Source: Dehalococcoidia bacterium (GTDB lineage Bacteria; Chloroflexota; Dehalococcoidia; Lucifugimonadales; VXLM01). From it: a stretch of 64,000 nt of DNA. The notes below the pieces were generated by a model. The model was given only the letters and a program-made list of their open reading frames with translations. It was not told where the DNA came from and did not search any database. Position 1 is the stretch's first letter. Each line of letters starts with the position of its first letter. Both the position numbers and the translations under genes were made by a program. The DNA lies in contig OY759598.1 of the NCBI GenBank assembly GCA_963662435.1, forward strand, positions 620,001 through 684,000. The letters are read 5' to 3'. Shown in pieces: positions 12,472 through 22,438 of the stretch.

Positions 12472-13488
12472 ATGACGACTCGGGTAGGAATCAATGGATT
12501 TGGGCGGATCGGGCGACAGGTCCTTAGGGCCATCATGGAGAGGCATCCGGACACCCTGAAGGTTGTCGCCATCAACGACCTGACGGATACCGCCACGAAC
12601 GCCCACATGTTCAAGTACGACTCGAGCTACGGCATCTACCCGGGTATCGTAGAGGCCACTTCGGATGACGCCATCGCCATTGACGACCAGGAGATCGCTG
12701 TCATGGCGGACCGCGACCCGTCCAACCTCCCTTGGGGAGACCACGGCGTCGATATCGTGGTCGAATCGACGGGCTTCTTCACCGACGCCTCCGCCGCTTC
12801 GGGACACAAGTCAGGTGGGGCGAAGAAAGTCATCATCTCGGCGCCCGCTACCGGCGAGGACGCCACCATCGTCCTCGGAGTCAACGAAGATACCTACGAC
12901 CCAAACACCCACGACGTTATCTCCAACGCCTCTTGCACTACCAATTGCATCGCGACGATGACGCGAGTCCTCCACGACGCCTTCGAGGTGAAGCGCGGCC
13001 TTATGACGACCGTGCACTCCTACACAAACGACCAGAAGATCCTCGACCAGGTCCACAGCGACCTGCGACGCGCCCGCGCCGCCGCGGTCAACATCATCCC
13101 GACGACCACTGGCGCGGCCAAGGCGGTCGGACTCGTGCTGCCGGAACTCAACGGCAAGATCCACGGCATGTCACTCCGGGTGCCGACGCCCACCGGCTCC
13201 GTGACCGACTTCGTAGCCGAGCTCGGCAAGGACGCCACTGAAGAGGATGTCAACGATGCCTACCGAGCCGCCGCCGACAGCCACATGGCCGGTCTTGTCG
13301 AGTACACCGAGGAGCCCATAGTCAGCAGCGATATCATCCGAAACCCGCACAGCAGCATCATCGACGGCCTGTCCACGATGTCGATGGAGGGCAACATGGT
13401 CAAGGTCGTTGGCTGGTACGACAATGAGTGGGGCTACTCCTGCCGCACGGCCGACCTCGCCGCCTTCCTGGCTGCAAAGGGCCTGTAG
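12472..13488 (+). CDS. gap: Type I glyceraldehyde-3-phosphate dehydrogenase
   Basis: [28 protein letters not shown]. Confidence 0.97.
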   Translation: MTTRVGINGFGRIGRQVLRAIMERHPDTLKVVAINDLTDTATNAHMFKYDSSYGIYPGIVEATSDDAIAIDDQEIAVMADRDPSNLPWGDHGVDIVVESTGFFTDASAASGHKSGGAKKVIISAPATGEDATIVLGVNEDTYDPNTHDVISNASCTTNCIATMTRVLHDAFEVKRGLMTTVHSYTNDQKILDQVHSDLRRARAAAVNIIPTTTGAAKAVGLVLPELNGKIHGMSLRVPTPTGSVTDFVAELGKDATEEDVNDAYRAAADSHMAGLVEYTEEPIVSSDIIRNPHSSIIDGLSTMSMEGNMVKVVGWYDNEWGYSCRTADLAAFLAAKGL

Positions 13489-13509
13489 GAGCGCGCTGAA
13501 GGACCGTCG

Positions 13510-14235
13510 ATGATGGATCTGGCAAAGGCCCTCATTATCGACCTGGACGACACAATTCTCGACTCCGACGGCAATGCCGATGGCGTCTGGCGCCAAGTCT
13601 GCCGGGAATTCGCCCCGCGCCTCGGCAACGTCTCGGCGAAACACTTGCACACCGCCGTCATGGACGCTCGAGGCTGGCTCTGGGGAGACCTTGAGCGTGC
13701 CCGTCGAGGACGCCTTGACCTGTCCCAAGCAACGCGGGACCTCTTGACGAGGGCATTGACCCACCTCGGGATTCTTGACGTGGCCGTCGTGGACGAGATG
13801 TCAGACCGCTACTCTTACCTGAGGGACGAAAAGCTCAGACCATTTCCCGGGGCCATAGATGCGCTGCAACGAATGAGAGACACAGGAGTTCGCATGGCGC
13901 TGCTGACAAACGGCAGTTCAGAATCACAGCGGGACAAGGTAGATAAACACGGTCTCGCAGAGTTCTTCGACCACATCCAGATCGAGGGTGAATTCGGTAT
14001 CGGGAAACCAGACGAGCGGGCCTTCCGAAGCTCGCTCGATGCACTGGGCGTTGGTCCCCACGACGCATGGATGATCGGAGACAACCTTGATTTCGATATA
14101 CATGGTGCTCAACTGGTTGGCATCTACGCGATATGGGTGGACGCCCACAACAATGGCCTGCCGGTCGAGACAACCGTCCGCCCCGACAAGATCATCAACT
14201 CGCTTCTGGAACTGGTCGCCCACGACACGGACTGA
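13510..14235 (+). CDS. HAD-family hydrolase
   Basis: DLDDT motif I, LTNG, GKPD, MIGDNLDFDI. Confidence 0.9.
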   Translation: MMDLAKALIIDLDDTILDSDGNADGVWRQVCREFAPRLGNVSAKHLHTAVMDARGWLWGDLERARRGRLDLSQATRDLLTRALTHLGILDVAVVDEMSDRYSYLRDEKLRPFPGAIDALQRMRDTGVRMALLTNGSSESQRDKVDKHGLAEFFDHIQIEGEFGIGKPDERAFRSSLDALGVGPHDAWMIGDNLDFDIHGAQLVGIYAIWVDAHNNGLPVETTVRPDKIINSLLELVAHDTD

Positions 14236-14270
14236 AGGACATTCCCGCGGGCGTGAGCCCCTTGCTCAAT

Positions 14271-14306
14271 CCCCTCTCCCATCGTGGAAGAGTGTTGGGG
14301 TGAGGG
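14271..14306 (+). repeat. CCCCTCTCCC..GGGAGAGGG hairpin repeat (degenerate)
   Basis: Same core as 40802-40837, 47780-47815 and 49163-49198; lies between convergent genes. Confidence 0.6.
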
Positions 14307-14330
14307 TTATGGAGGCGCCGCGAATCCGGC

Positions 14331-15269
14331 TTAGAATCTAATCCCGCTCGTTGCCCTGAATTCAGCGACCGCCTCTCTGATTCTCCGGTACCCCTCGTAA
14401 TCCGTGACAACCTCCTCCGGCCGCTCCTGGCTGCGGGCAAGGAACCCAGGCTCCCTCACCGACTTGACCGGCCTGCGACCGTCCTGGTACCGGATGTCGA
14501 TACTCCACCTGATGGCATTCGTCCGGTTGGGCGGAGAAACGTGAGGCACGTGCTGGTGCATCAGGAGCGCGTCTCCTACCTCCATTGGGACAACGAGCGG
14601 TTCAAGGTCTTCCAGCTCGGAAACATAGCTGCTCGGGTCCCACTGATCCTCGTAGGGCGGGGTATGCAGATGTCCGCCCGGCAGCACGTGAAGGCACCCG
14701 TTCTCCTCGTCTACCGGCACCAGCGGCACCCAGAAGTTCGGCTCCGGCATCTGGGGTGCCGCCACTATGCGAGAAATGAACCTGCCGCCGCTGTCGTAGG
14801 CGGAAGGGCCAAGACCGTACCGTTGCTGCACGTACGTGATCCGCTTGGCGGCAAAATCGGTGTCCTCGTGCCAGCGGAAGTCGGCCACCCCGAAGTTCGG
14901 CAGCTTCGGTCGTAGCCGGTGACGACCCTGGCAGTGTACTTCCGGCCCGACAATGCCCTCAACGATGTCGAGAAAAGTTGGATGACTAAGTAGCCTGAAC
15001 ACTTCCGGCCCCACGAACTTGGAGTCGACCATCTCCTCATAGGCGTTCTCCGCGTCCTCGACGATACGCATGAACCGGGTTTCGAAGCCCTCGTCGGCGT
15101 AGAGCGATCCGGTCAGTCCATCCGCATGATAGTCCCGCGCGATTCGGTCAACCTCACCTTCGTACTCGTCAATCAACGGCTGAAGGTCGGTGCGGGTGAA
15201 CAGCCCCTTGAACAGCACGTAACCCAACTCGTCGTACTGCTGCTTTTGTTCAGAGGTGAGTCCGGGCAT
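14331..15269 (-). CDS. Phytanoyl-CoA dioxygenase (PhyH) family protein
   Basis: WHED HxD motif, WVPL..ENGCL, HVSPPNRT..RWSIDIRY. Confidence 0.88.
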   Translation of the reverse strand: MPGLTSEQKQQYDELGYVLFKGLFTRTDLQPLIDEYEGEVDRIARDYHADGLTGSLYADEGFETRFMRIVEDAENAYEEMVDSKFVGPEVFRLLSHPTFLDIVEGIVGPEVHCQGRHRLRPKLPNFGVADFRWHEDTDFAAKRITYVQQRYGLGPSAYDSGGRFISRIVAAPQMPEPNFWVPLVPVDEENGCLHVLPGGHLHTPPYEDQWDPSSYVSELEDLEPLVVPMEVGDALLMHQHVPHVSPPNRTNAIRWSIDIRYQDGRRPVKSVREPGFLARSQERPEEVVTDYEGYRRIREAVAEFRATSGIRF

Positions 15270-15394
15270 CTGGTGCTCCTTTGGACAAAGCGTCCGTTGA
15301 GCCCATACTTTCCGAAATCGAGATCGAAGTCAAGCTTGGAAAGTCGATCGAGTAGATTGAATGTACAACGCTGCCGCCGAGGGGATAGAGGAAA

Positions 15395-16240
15395 TTACAG
15401 AGTGACGGACTCAGGTATCTCGTCCAGCCCGAAATACTCGTGCTCCACCCGGTCGGCATAGACCCTGACGATACGGAAGCCTGCGGGGTCGATCCCCAGG
15501 GGGTAGCCTATGGCCCCCGATGCGACGATGTTGAGAGGCCCGTACTCGGCATAGGCATTCTTGTGCCAGTGGCCCGCGAACGCGTAGGTCACGCCGTATT
15601 CAATGAGCAATTCGACAATCTTCTCTCGCCGAACCCTAGGAACGTTAAGCATGTGGTCGGCTTCATCCAGGAAGGCGACAAACAGCGGGTGGTGCGTGAA
15701 CAGCATGATGTGATCGACACCCGATTCCCGCGCCTTCGCCAGGTCGCTCTCGAGAAATTCGACGATTCCCTCCCACTCGCCCGGTGCACCCGTCGGGTCC
15801 ACGCACACGGAGCTGTTGATGACCACGAAATGGCTGCCTCCATGGTCGAAGGAGTAGTTGTCAGGCCCATATCGCGCTTGGTAAGCGGCAATGCTCTCCG
15901 GCGTGGGTGGAACGCCGACGTCGTGGTTGCCGGAGACCCAACGCATGGGAATGTCGTCATCCAACATCTCTGTGAGGTTCAGGAGAAGATCGTGCTGTTC
16001 GGAATCTGTCTTGTCCTGCACAAGGTCGCCGCACGTAATCGCGAACGCCGGACGCAGTCGGTTGATCGCCTCAAGCGCACGCGTATAGTGGTCGGTCTCC
16101 TCGCTCATATCTGTCACGTCAGTCGGATAGATCCGCAGACCCTTCCGCCACCAGCGTTGGAGCTCCTCAGGGTCCCGACCATTGAATGACTTGAAAAGGC
16201 CGAATTGCGTGTCGGCCAACTGCACGAAGAAGAAGCTCAT
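15395..16240 (-). CDS. Calcineurin-like metallophosphoesterase (CPPED1-like)
   Basis: ADTQFG, CGDLV, SGNHD, THHP, AGHWH. Confidence 0.88.
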   Translation of the reverse strand: MSFFFVQLADTQFGLFKSFNGRDPEELQRWWRKGLRIYPTDVTDMSEETDHYTRALEAINRLRPAFAITCGDLVQDKTDSEQHDLLLNLTEMLDDDIPMRWVSGNHDVGVPPTPESIAAYQARYGPDNYSFDHGGSHFVVINSSVCVDPTGAPGEWEGIVEFLESDLAKARESGVDHIMLFTHHPLFVAFLDEADHMLNVPRVRREKIVELLIEYGVTYAFAGHWHKNAYAEYGPLNIVASGAIGYPLGIDPAGFRIVRVYADRVEHEYFGLDEIPESVTL

Positions 16241-16244
16241 TTAT

Positions 16245-17567
16245 CTAGTCCCAGCCAAAGACCTTATTAGTCCCGGCAAGAGGAATCCGCGCCATCGCCG
16301 ACGCCTCGATGCTGAGGGCAACCATGTCCTCCGGCTCAAGACTGCGGACATCGCTCTTCCCGAGCGACCGCGTAAGGAGCGCCGCCTCCATGGTCATGGA
16401 GTTGAGGAAGTTTGCTACTCTGTCGGCTCCTTCGTCCGGATCAAGCCGTGCCTCGAGAACCGGGTCCTGCGTGGCCACTCCCACGGGGCACTTCCCGGTC
16501 TGGCAATGGTGGCATTCACCCGCGGGGACGCCCACCTCGCGCTCGAAGTCGGCTTCGGGGATATCACGATTGCAGTTGAGGGCGATGAGGGCTCCGATGC
16601 CGATCGCGACTGCGTCCGCGCCGAGCGCCAGCGACTTGGCCATGTCTGCCCCACTACGGATACCTCCCGACGCGACGAGGCTGACCTCCCCGTACAGCCC
16701 CATCTCCCGCAGCGCCTCCCGTGCCATTACTATGGCCGGTACCGTGGGAATGCCACTGTGATCGAGAAGCGCTTCACCGGACGCGCCTGTGCCTGCCACC
16801 ATGCTGTCGATCACAATGATGTCGGCGCCTGCCTTCGCCGCGAGCTTCACGTCGTCTGATACCCTGCACGCCCCCAGCTTCACGCTCACGGGCACTCGTC
16901 CGTCGGTGGCTTCCCGGATCTGTTCGATCTTCACCGCGAGGTCGTCCGGGCCCAGCCAGTCGGGATGCCGCGCAGGACTTCGCTGGTCGATGCCGGACGG
17001 CAAGTCGCGGCTCTCGGCTATGTGGTCGAGCACCTTGACGCCCATGAGCATCCCGCCGGTGCCCGGCTTCGCTCCCTGCCCGACGACGATCTCCACCGCT
17101 TGCGCCCCGACGAGGTGGTGCGGGTTGAATCCGTACCTGCTTGGGAGCACTTGGTAGATGAGCTTTTCGGATGCCTCACGTTCGGCCTGGAGCATGCCGC
17201 CGTCTCCCGTGCAGCTCGCCGTGCCGACCATCGTGGCGGCCATGCCAAGGGCCTGCTTTGCGTGTCCCGAAAGTGCACCGTAGCTCATGCCGGTTATGTA
17301 GACCGGAGTCTCGATTACCAGCGGCTCGCTTGCGTAGCGTCCCCCGAGCTCGACCTGGGTGTTGCACTTCTCCTTGTAGCCCTCGAGCGGGAACCGCGTA
17401 AGTCCCGTTGAGAGAAACGACAGGTCGTCGAAGTGGGTGACCTGCTGAAATGTGCTGAAACCGCGAATCCTGTAGCGGCCGATATCCGCCTTCGCGTGTA
17501 TGTCTTCGATGATGTGCTTCGCCCAAATCTGGCTGCTTGCCTGTACCATTGTAGCCCTCAGACCCAC
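16245..17567 (-). CDS. FMN-binding glutamate synthase family protein (N-methylglutamate synthase subunit C, GlxD/MgsC-like)
   Basis: GMSYGALS, GQGAKPGTGG, RHPDW.GPDDL, CHHCQTGKCPVG. Confidence 0.85.
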   Translation of the reverse strand: MGLRATMVQASSQIWAKHIIEDIHAKADIGRYRIRGFSTFQQVTHFDDLSFLSTGLTRFPLEGYKEKCNTQVELGGRYASEPLVIETPVYITGMSYGALSGHAKQALGMAATMVGTASCTGDGGMLQAEREASEKLIYQVLPSRYGFNPHHLVGAQAVEIVVGQGAKPGTGGMLMGVKVLDHIAESRDLPSGIDQRSPARHPDWLGPDDLAVKIEQIREATDGRVPVSVKLGACRVSDDVKLAAKAGADIIVIDSMVAGTGASGEALLDHSGIPTVPAIVMAREALREMGLYGEVSLVASGGIRSGADMAKSLALGADAVAIGIGALIALNCNRDIPEADFEREVGVPAGECHHCQTGKCPVGVATQDPVLEARLDPDEGADRVANFLNSMTMEAALLTRSLGKSDVRSLEPEDMVALSIEASAMARIPLAGTNKVFGWD

Positions 17568-17596
17568 CGGCTAATTAATCGAGACGGGTGGGGAAG

Positions 17597-18280
17597 TTAC
17601 ACCGCCGACATCTCCAGACGTTCGAGCGTGTCGAAGTGGTAGAGTTTCTTTTCCGAAACGATCTTGCGAAAACGTGGCTTGTCGTCGATGCCGTTCTGTT
17701 CGAGAAGGTTCCAGAGCTCGATCAGTTCGTCTTCGGAGACTGGTTCCACCATAGCGTCAGTCCCGAGCGACCCGATCTCTCCGCCGACGTAGATGACGCC
17801 CTCGTACATCGAGTCGCCGACGGCCTCTCCCACGTCGCCGCACACGACGATGCGGCCCTTCTGCATCATGAACCCCGCGAGGAACCCGGCGTTGCCGCCG
17901 ATGAGCAGGGTGCCGCCCTTCATGGAGATGCCAGCGCGTGCGCCCGCGTTGCGTCCAACGACAATCTCGCCGCCCCTCATGGTTGCCGCGACGGACGCTC
18001 CGGCGTCTTTCGTTACGGTAATCTTGCCGCTCATCAAATTCTCGCCAAGCGCCCAGCCTGCGTTGCCGTCGATGTGGACCTCAGGTCCATCCATGAGTGA
18101 TGCGGCATAGTAGCCAACGCTTCCCTGCACGTTGATCTTGCATGGCTGCAGGATGCCCACGGCAATGTTGTGGCGCGCCTGTGGATTGAGAACCGTGATC
18201 TCGTCCGCAGACGCGGCGGCGTCCTTGATCTCGCGGTTAATCTCGGTGGTCGAGAGGTCCTTCGCGTCTATACGGACCAC
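17597..18280 (-). CDS. GXGXG-motif protein (GlxC/MgsB-like)
   Basis: Repeated GENLMSG / GISMKGG / GDSMYEG beta-helix motifs. Confidence 0.85.
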   Translation of the reverse strand: MVRIDAKDLSTTEINREIKDAAASADEITVLNPQARHNIAVGILQPCKINVQGSVGYYAASLMDGPEVHIDGNAGWALGENLMSGKITVTKDAGASVAATMRGGEIVVGRNAGARAGISMKGGTLLIGGNAGFLAGFMMQKGRIVVCGDVGEAVGDSMYEGVIYVGGEIGSLGTDAMVEPVSEDELIELWNLLEQNGIDDKPRFRKIVSEKKLYHFDTLERLEMSAV

Positions 18281-19185
18281 GTTAGGACCTCGTTCTCCTG
18301 CGGTTCCACGCGGTCAAGCTCATCGTCCGTGAAAACGCTCCGCAGAGCGATTTCCTCCGACGCAACGGCAACAACGTCCTCGGTCTGCATCGTGACGAGA
18401 GGCTTGGCGGCCCAACGGTCCTTCGCCACCCCCATGCCGTCCTTGGTCGAGACGAGATACGTGAACGTGCCGTCCAGGTCGTCCAACGACTGGGTGAGTA
18501 CCGACTTGAGCGGATCGCCCTGGGCCAGCTTGTCGGCAAGGTACACGGCGATAAGCTCCGAGTCGTTCTCGGTGAGGAAGCGGTGACCCATCGATTGGTA
18601 GTGCCGCTTGAGCTTGTGGTAATTTGTAAGCTGCCCGTTGTGGACTACAGTCACGTCGGTGAACGGATATGCCCAGAAGGGGTGCGAGTGGGTGATGTCA
18701 ACCTTGCTCTCGGTGGCCATTCGGACGTGCCCGATTCCATGCGTGCCGCGCATCCGGCTGATCTGGTGGGTCGTGTCCATATCGGTGGCTATGCCAACGT
18801 CCTTTACGACCTCGGACGCCTCGCCGATACTGTGAATCACCACGTCGTCGATCTTCATCAGGGCCTCGGCCAGGCGGGCCACCTCGCCCTCGTAGTTGAC
18901 CGTAAGTCGGAAGAATCCGCCCCAAGCCCGGTTGGAAACGATCACGCCCCCGGCCCTTGAAATGGCCTCTTCTACTCGGGCGAGGGTAAGGCCTGCAGCC
19001 TCGGTGTCTTCAGTCCAGAGCCTGACAATTAGGTCTTCCGGCAACTCTTCGCCGACTACGGTGAATCCTGTCGAATCACGCCCTCGGTGGGCCATCGCGT
19101 CCAGCATCTTGACGAGATCGCTGCCAACGTCCGCAACTCCGTCTTGCCCGCTGTTCATGTACATGATGCCGCTAATGCCGCACAT
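18268..19185 (-). CDS. Class II glutamine amidotransferase (GlxB/MgsA-like)
   Basis: N-terminal MCGISG nucleophile, GHVRMATES, VHNGQLTN, DLDGTFT. Confidence 0.87.
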   Translation of the reverse strand: MCGISGIMYMNSGQDGVADVGSDLVKMLDAMAHRGRDSTGFTVVGEELPEDLIVRLWTEDTEAAGLTLARVEEAISRAGGVIVSNRAWGGFFRLTVNYEGEVARLAEALMKIDDVVIHSIGEASEVVKDVGIATDMDTTHQISRMRGTHGIGHVRMATESKVDITHSHPFWAYPFTDVTVVHNGQLTNYHKLKRHYQSMGHRFLTENDSELIAVYLADKLAQGDPLKSVLTQSLDDLDGTFTYLVSTKDGMGVAKDRWAAKPLVTMQTEDVVAVASEEIALRSVFTDDELDRVEPQENEVLTWSV

Positions 19186-19292
19186 ATGACCCCCGATTGC
19201 GAACGTTCTAATCCGCACAACATCGGGAAACAACTATAGCATCGGCATGGGTACCGAACAAGCTATTGAAGCTGGGCCAAGACTCCCGCCTT

Positions 19293-19320
19293 CGTCATTC
19301 CGACGGAAGCCGGAATCCAG
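19293..19320. repeat. GTCATTCC..GGAATCC palindromic repeat
   Basis: Copies at 9070, 19293, 38079, 40655, 43314, 52766. Confidence 0.65.
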
Positions 19321-19392
19321 AATGTGCAGCGAGGCTAGAGTCCGATTGTACACCGACGAATCGGTATAAGGAGGGTATGGTGCCGGAATTCC

Positions 19393-19779
19393 TTACGGTG
19401 CCTGAGAAGGTGAGACTGACTGTGCTGCCTCGCCTATGAGCTTACCCAGATCGCGGCTGAACTGTCCCTTGGTCAACACAAGATCGCATCCGGCTTCCTC
19501 TGCCCTCTTCAGCATAGTAACGTTGGTGTGTCCCCCATACCCGACGACCCGGGGCCGCGCCTCGCCACTTGCAATCACCGTCCTCACCGCTTCCCCCCAG
19601 AATTCCGCGTCTGCCTCAACATCGACTAGGACGAGGGCGGTCTCACCCTCCGCCATTTCCTCATGCAGCCGGGCGACTGACATGACCTGCCGGGTCTCGC
19701 ACCCACTCGCAGTCGCAACGTTCTGAACGCGAGGCAAAAAGAATAGATTGGTCGCTACGACGAGGACTTTCTTGTTCAT
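19393..19779 (-). CDS. Single-domain receiver-like protein
   Basis: KVLVV start, LVLVD, VVGYGGH..AEEAGCD; CheY-like pattern with degenerate acidic pocket. Confidence 0.6.
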   Translation of the reverse strand: MNKKVLVVATNLFFLPRVQNVATASGCETRQVMSVARLHEEMAEGETALVLVDVEADAEFWGEAVRTVIASGEARPRVVGYGGHTNVTMLKRAEEAGCDLVLTKGQFSRDLGKLIGEAAQSVSPSQAP

Positions 19780-20462
19780 CCTACTTGAGACAACCCCCGC
19801 TCGCCGTTCTGCCGGATCAGCTTGATTGCCCCAGCCACACCATGGGGACTGCTGAACACTGCCGATCCCGCCACGAGCATCCGCGCCCCCGCGCGGACGA
19901 CGCGCTCCGCGGTCTCGGGCCCTATGCCTCCGTCCACCTGGAGTTCTGCCGTCAATCCTCTCTCGTCCAGCATCCGGCGAATGTTCTCGATCTTCTCGAC
20001 CGACGACTCGATGAAAGCCTGTCCCCCGAATCCCGGATTGACCGACATGACGAGCACCAGGTCCAGGTCAGAGAGTATCTCTTCCAGAACAGTCACCGGC
20101 GTGGCCGGATTCAGGGCAACTCCCGCGAGCATACCCGCGTCTTTGATCTGCTGGACCACCCGGTGAAGATGACGCACGGCCTCAACGTGGACAGTAATCA
20201 GATTAGTCTCTGCCTCGGCCAGTGCCGGTATGTACCGCTCGGGATTCTCTACCATCATGTGCACGTCGAATGGTGCGTCCGTCTGCTTTCTGAGCGTCTT
20301 GATGACAGGTGGTCCAAAGGTCAGGTTCGGCACGAAGTGACCGTCCATCACGTCGAGGTGAATGGAGTCGGCGCCGCCCTCAACTGCCTCCAGTACCTGC
20401 TCGCCGAACCGAGCGAAGTCCGCCGAAAGGACCGAGGGAGCAATCTTGATGCGTTCAGGCAC
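19776..20462 (-). CDS. rpe: Ribulose-phosphate 3-epimerase
   Basis: IAPSVLSADF, HLDVMDGHFVPN, MSVNPGFGGQ, VDGGI. Confidence 0.96.
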   Translation of the reverse strand: MPERIKIAPSVLSADFARFGEQVLEAVEGGADSIHLDVMDGHFVPNLTFGPPVIKTLRKQTDAPFDVHMMVENPERYIPALAEAETNLITVHVEAVRHLHRVVQQIKDAGMLAGVALNPATPVTVLEEILSDLDLVLVMSVNPGFGGQAFIESSVEKIENIRRMLDERGLTAELQVDGGIGPETAERVVRAGARMLVAGSAVFSSPHGVAGAIKLIRQNGERGLSQVG

Positions 20463-21801
20463 TGGCTTCCGCCTCTAACTCGGACTTTGCGGCTTCTAAT
20501 GCGGCATCAACTCTTCCGGGGGCAGTGCCGCCGATGACGTCACGCGCGCCGATGGAAGACTCAATCGTGATGTCCAAAACATCGTCGTCAAACAGTTCGG
20601 AGAACCTGCGATACGTGTCGAGATCGAGTTCGTCCAACCGCTTGCCCGACTCGACGGCATGCTGCGACAGCCGCGCGACGATCCCGTGGGCCTCGCGGAA
20701 GGGCATTCCCTTGGCGACGAGATAGTCGGCAACGTCCGTCGCCAACGCATAGCTGTTCAGCGCGGCTGCCCGCATCCGGTCGGACTGTACTTTCATCGTC
20801 GATACCATTCCCGCAGCTGCCTGCAGCGTTGGCAACAGCGTGTCGACGGTGTCGAACAGACCTTCCTTGTCCTCCTGCATATCCCGGTTGTAGGTCAACG
20901 GTAGCCCCTTCATCGTCGTAAGCAGGCCGACGAGATTCCCGTATACACGTCCCGTCTTGCCGCGCGCAATCTCCGCAAAGTCGGGATTTCGCTTCTGGGG
21001 CATGATGCTGCTTCCGGTCGTGTACCTGTCGTCAAGACGAACGAACCCAAACTCATCCGATGTCCAAAGCACGAGTTCCTCCGCGAGACGGGAGAGGTGC
21101 ATCGCGCATGTTGCGGCAGCCGAGTGAAAGTCTAGTAGAAAGTCCCTGTCGGAAACTGCGTCCATGCTGTTGGCCGAAATCCTTGCAAAGCCGAGTTCCC
21201 TTGCGACGAATTTACGGTCGATGGGGTAGGGCACTCCAGCCATCGCACCGCTGCCGAGCGGCAAAACGTCGGCGGAATCTCTTGTCCGCCGCATCCGGTC
21301 GGCATCGCGCCCGAACATCTCGAAGTAGGCCAGCATGTGGTGGGCGAACAACACCGGCTGTGCACGTTGCACATGCGTATAGCCTGGCATGACCGCCCCG
21401 TGATTTCCGTCCGCCTTCTTTATGAATGCTGCTCTCAGGTCGTGAATTGCATTCAAAGCATAGCCGACTGTTTCCTTGACGTAGAGCCGCACGTCGGTTA
21501 CCACCTGGTCGTTGCGTGAGCGGGCGGTATGCAGCTTGCCTGCGACATCCCCGATCATCTCGTACAGCCGCCGCTCGATGTTCATGTGTACGTCTTCAAG
21601 CTCGTCGCGCCATGGGAAGGCATCTTCCTCAATCTCTTGGCTTACCTGTCCGAGCCCGGTGACGAGCTGATCGGCCTCGTCCACGGTGATGATGCCCTGG
21701 CGTGCCAGCATCCGAGCGTGTGCGACCGAACCGGCAATATCCTGCCGATAGAGCCGCCGGTCGTAGTGCAATGAGACGGTATAGCGTGAGATGGCGTCCA
21801 T
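20455..21801 (-). CDS. argH: Argininosuccinate lyase
   Basis: HTARSRNDQ, GSSIMPQKRNPD, YNRDMQEDK. Confidence 0.96.
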   Translation of the reverse strand: MDAISRYTVSLHYDRRLYRQDIAGSVAHARMLARQGIITVDEADQLVTGLGQVSQEIEEDAFPWRDELEDVHMNIERRLYEMIGDVAGKLHTARSRNDQVVTDVRLYVKETVGYALNAIHDLRAAFIKKADGNHGAVMPGYTHVQRAQPVLFAHHMLAYFEMFGRDADRMRRTRDSADVLPLGSGAMAGVPYPIDRKFVARELGFARISANSMDAVSDRDFLLDFHSAAATCAMHLSRLAEELVLWTSDEFGFVRLDDRYTTGSSIMPQKRNPDFAEIARGKTGRVYGNLVGLLTTMKGLPLTYNRDMQEDKEGLFDTVDTLLPTLQAAAGMVSTMKVQSDRMRAAALNSYALATDVADYLVAKGMPFREAHGIVARLSQHAVESGKRLDELDLDTYRRFSELFDDDVLDITIESSIGARDVIGGTAPGRVDAALEAAKSELEAEASA

Positions 21802-21819
21802 GGGAACGACTCTGCCCGT

Positions 21820-22290
21820 CTACGATGGGCGCTTTGGAACGAGGAAGCGCCTGCGCAGCGTGAGCACCAACTCCCCCCGCTGGTTGTGGCCACGGCTCTC
21901 CATGTAAACGATTCCGCGGTCGGGCTTGCTGCGAGACTCGCGGACCTCAAGTATCTCGCTCTCGGCGTAGATCGTATCCCCGTGGAAGACCGGGGCCTCA
22001 TGGCGTATCCGTTCGTACTCGAGGTTGGCTACCGCCTTCCCAGACGTGTCGGGCACGCTCATCCCAACAACCAGGCTCAGTACCAGCGGGCCGACGACCA
22101 GGATCTTGCCGTGCTGGTGACGGCTCATGTATTCCTCGTCAATGTGGAGAGGATTGGTGTTCATCGTCAGAAGCGTAAATATGTGGTTGTCGGCCTCCGT
22201 GATGGTCTTGCCAGGCCAGTGCTTATACACATCGCCCGGAGTGAATTCCTCGAAATAGTGGCCGTAGGTGTCCCTGGCGTCGTGAATCAC
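21820..22290 (-). CDS. MaoC-family dehydratase
   Basis: YFEEF, KTITEADN, NTNPLHID, PVFHGDTI. Confidence 0.9.
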   Translation of the reverse strand: MIHDARDTYGHYFEEFTPGDVYKHWPGKTITEADNHIFTLLTMNTNPLHIDEEYMSRHQHGKILVVGPLVLSLVVGMSVPDTSGKAVANLEYERIRHEAPVFHGDTIYAESEILEVRESRSKPDRGIVYMESRGHNQRGELVLTLRRRFLVPKRPS

Positions 22291-22438
22291 TGGATGCTTC
22301 TTTCTCCATTCTCTTGGTCTGAGTTGGCAGTAGCCCGCCGACGTAGGTGAGCGAAGGCGGGGTCTCTAGTATACACAACCGCCTTCCGCACCTACGACGT
22401 TTAACGCCGATATCGAGGCTCGGCAAGCTGGATCTTGT

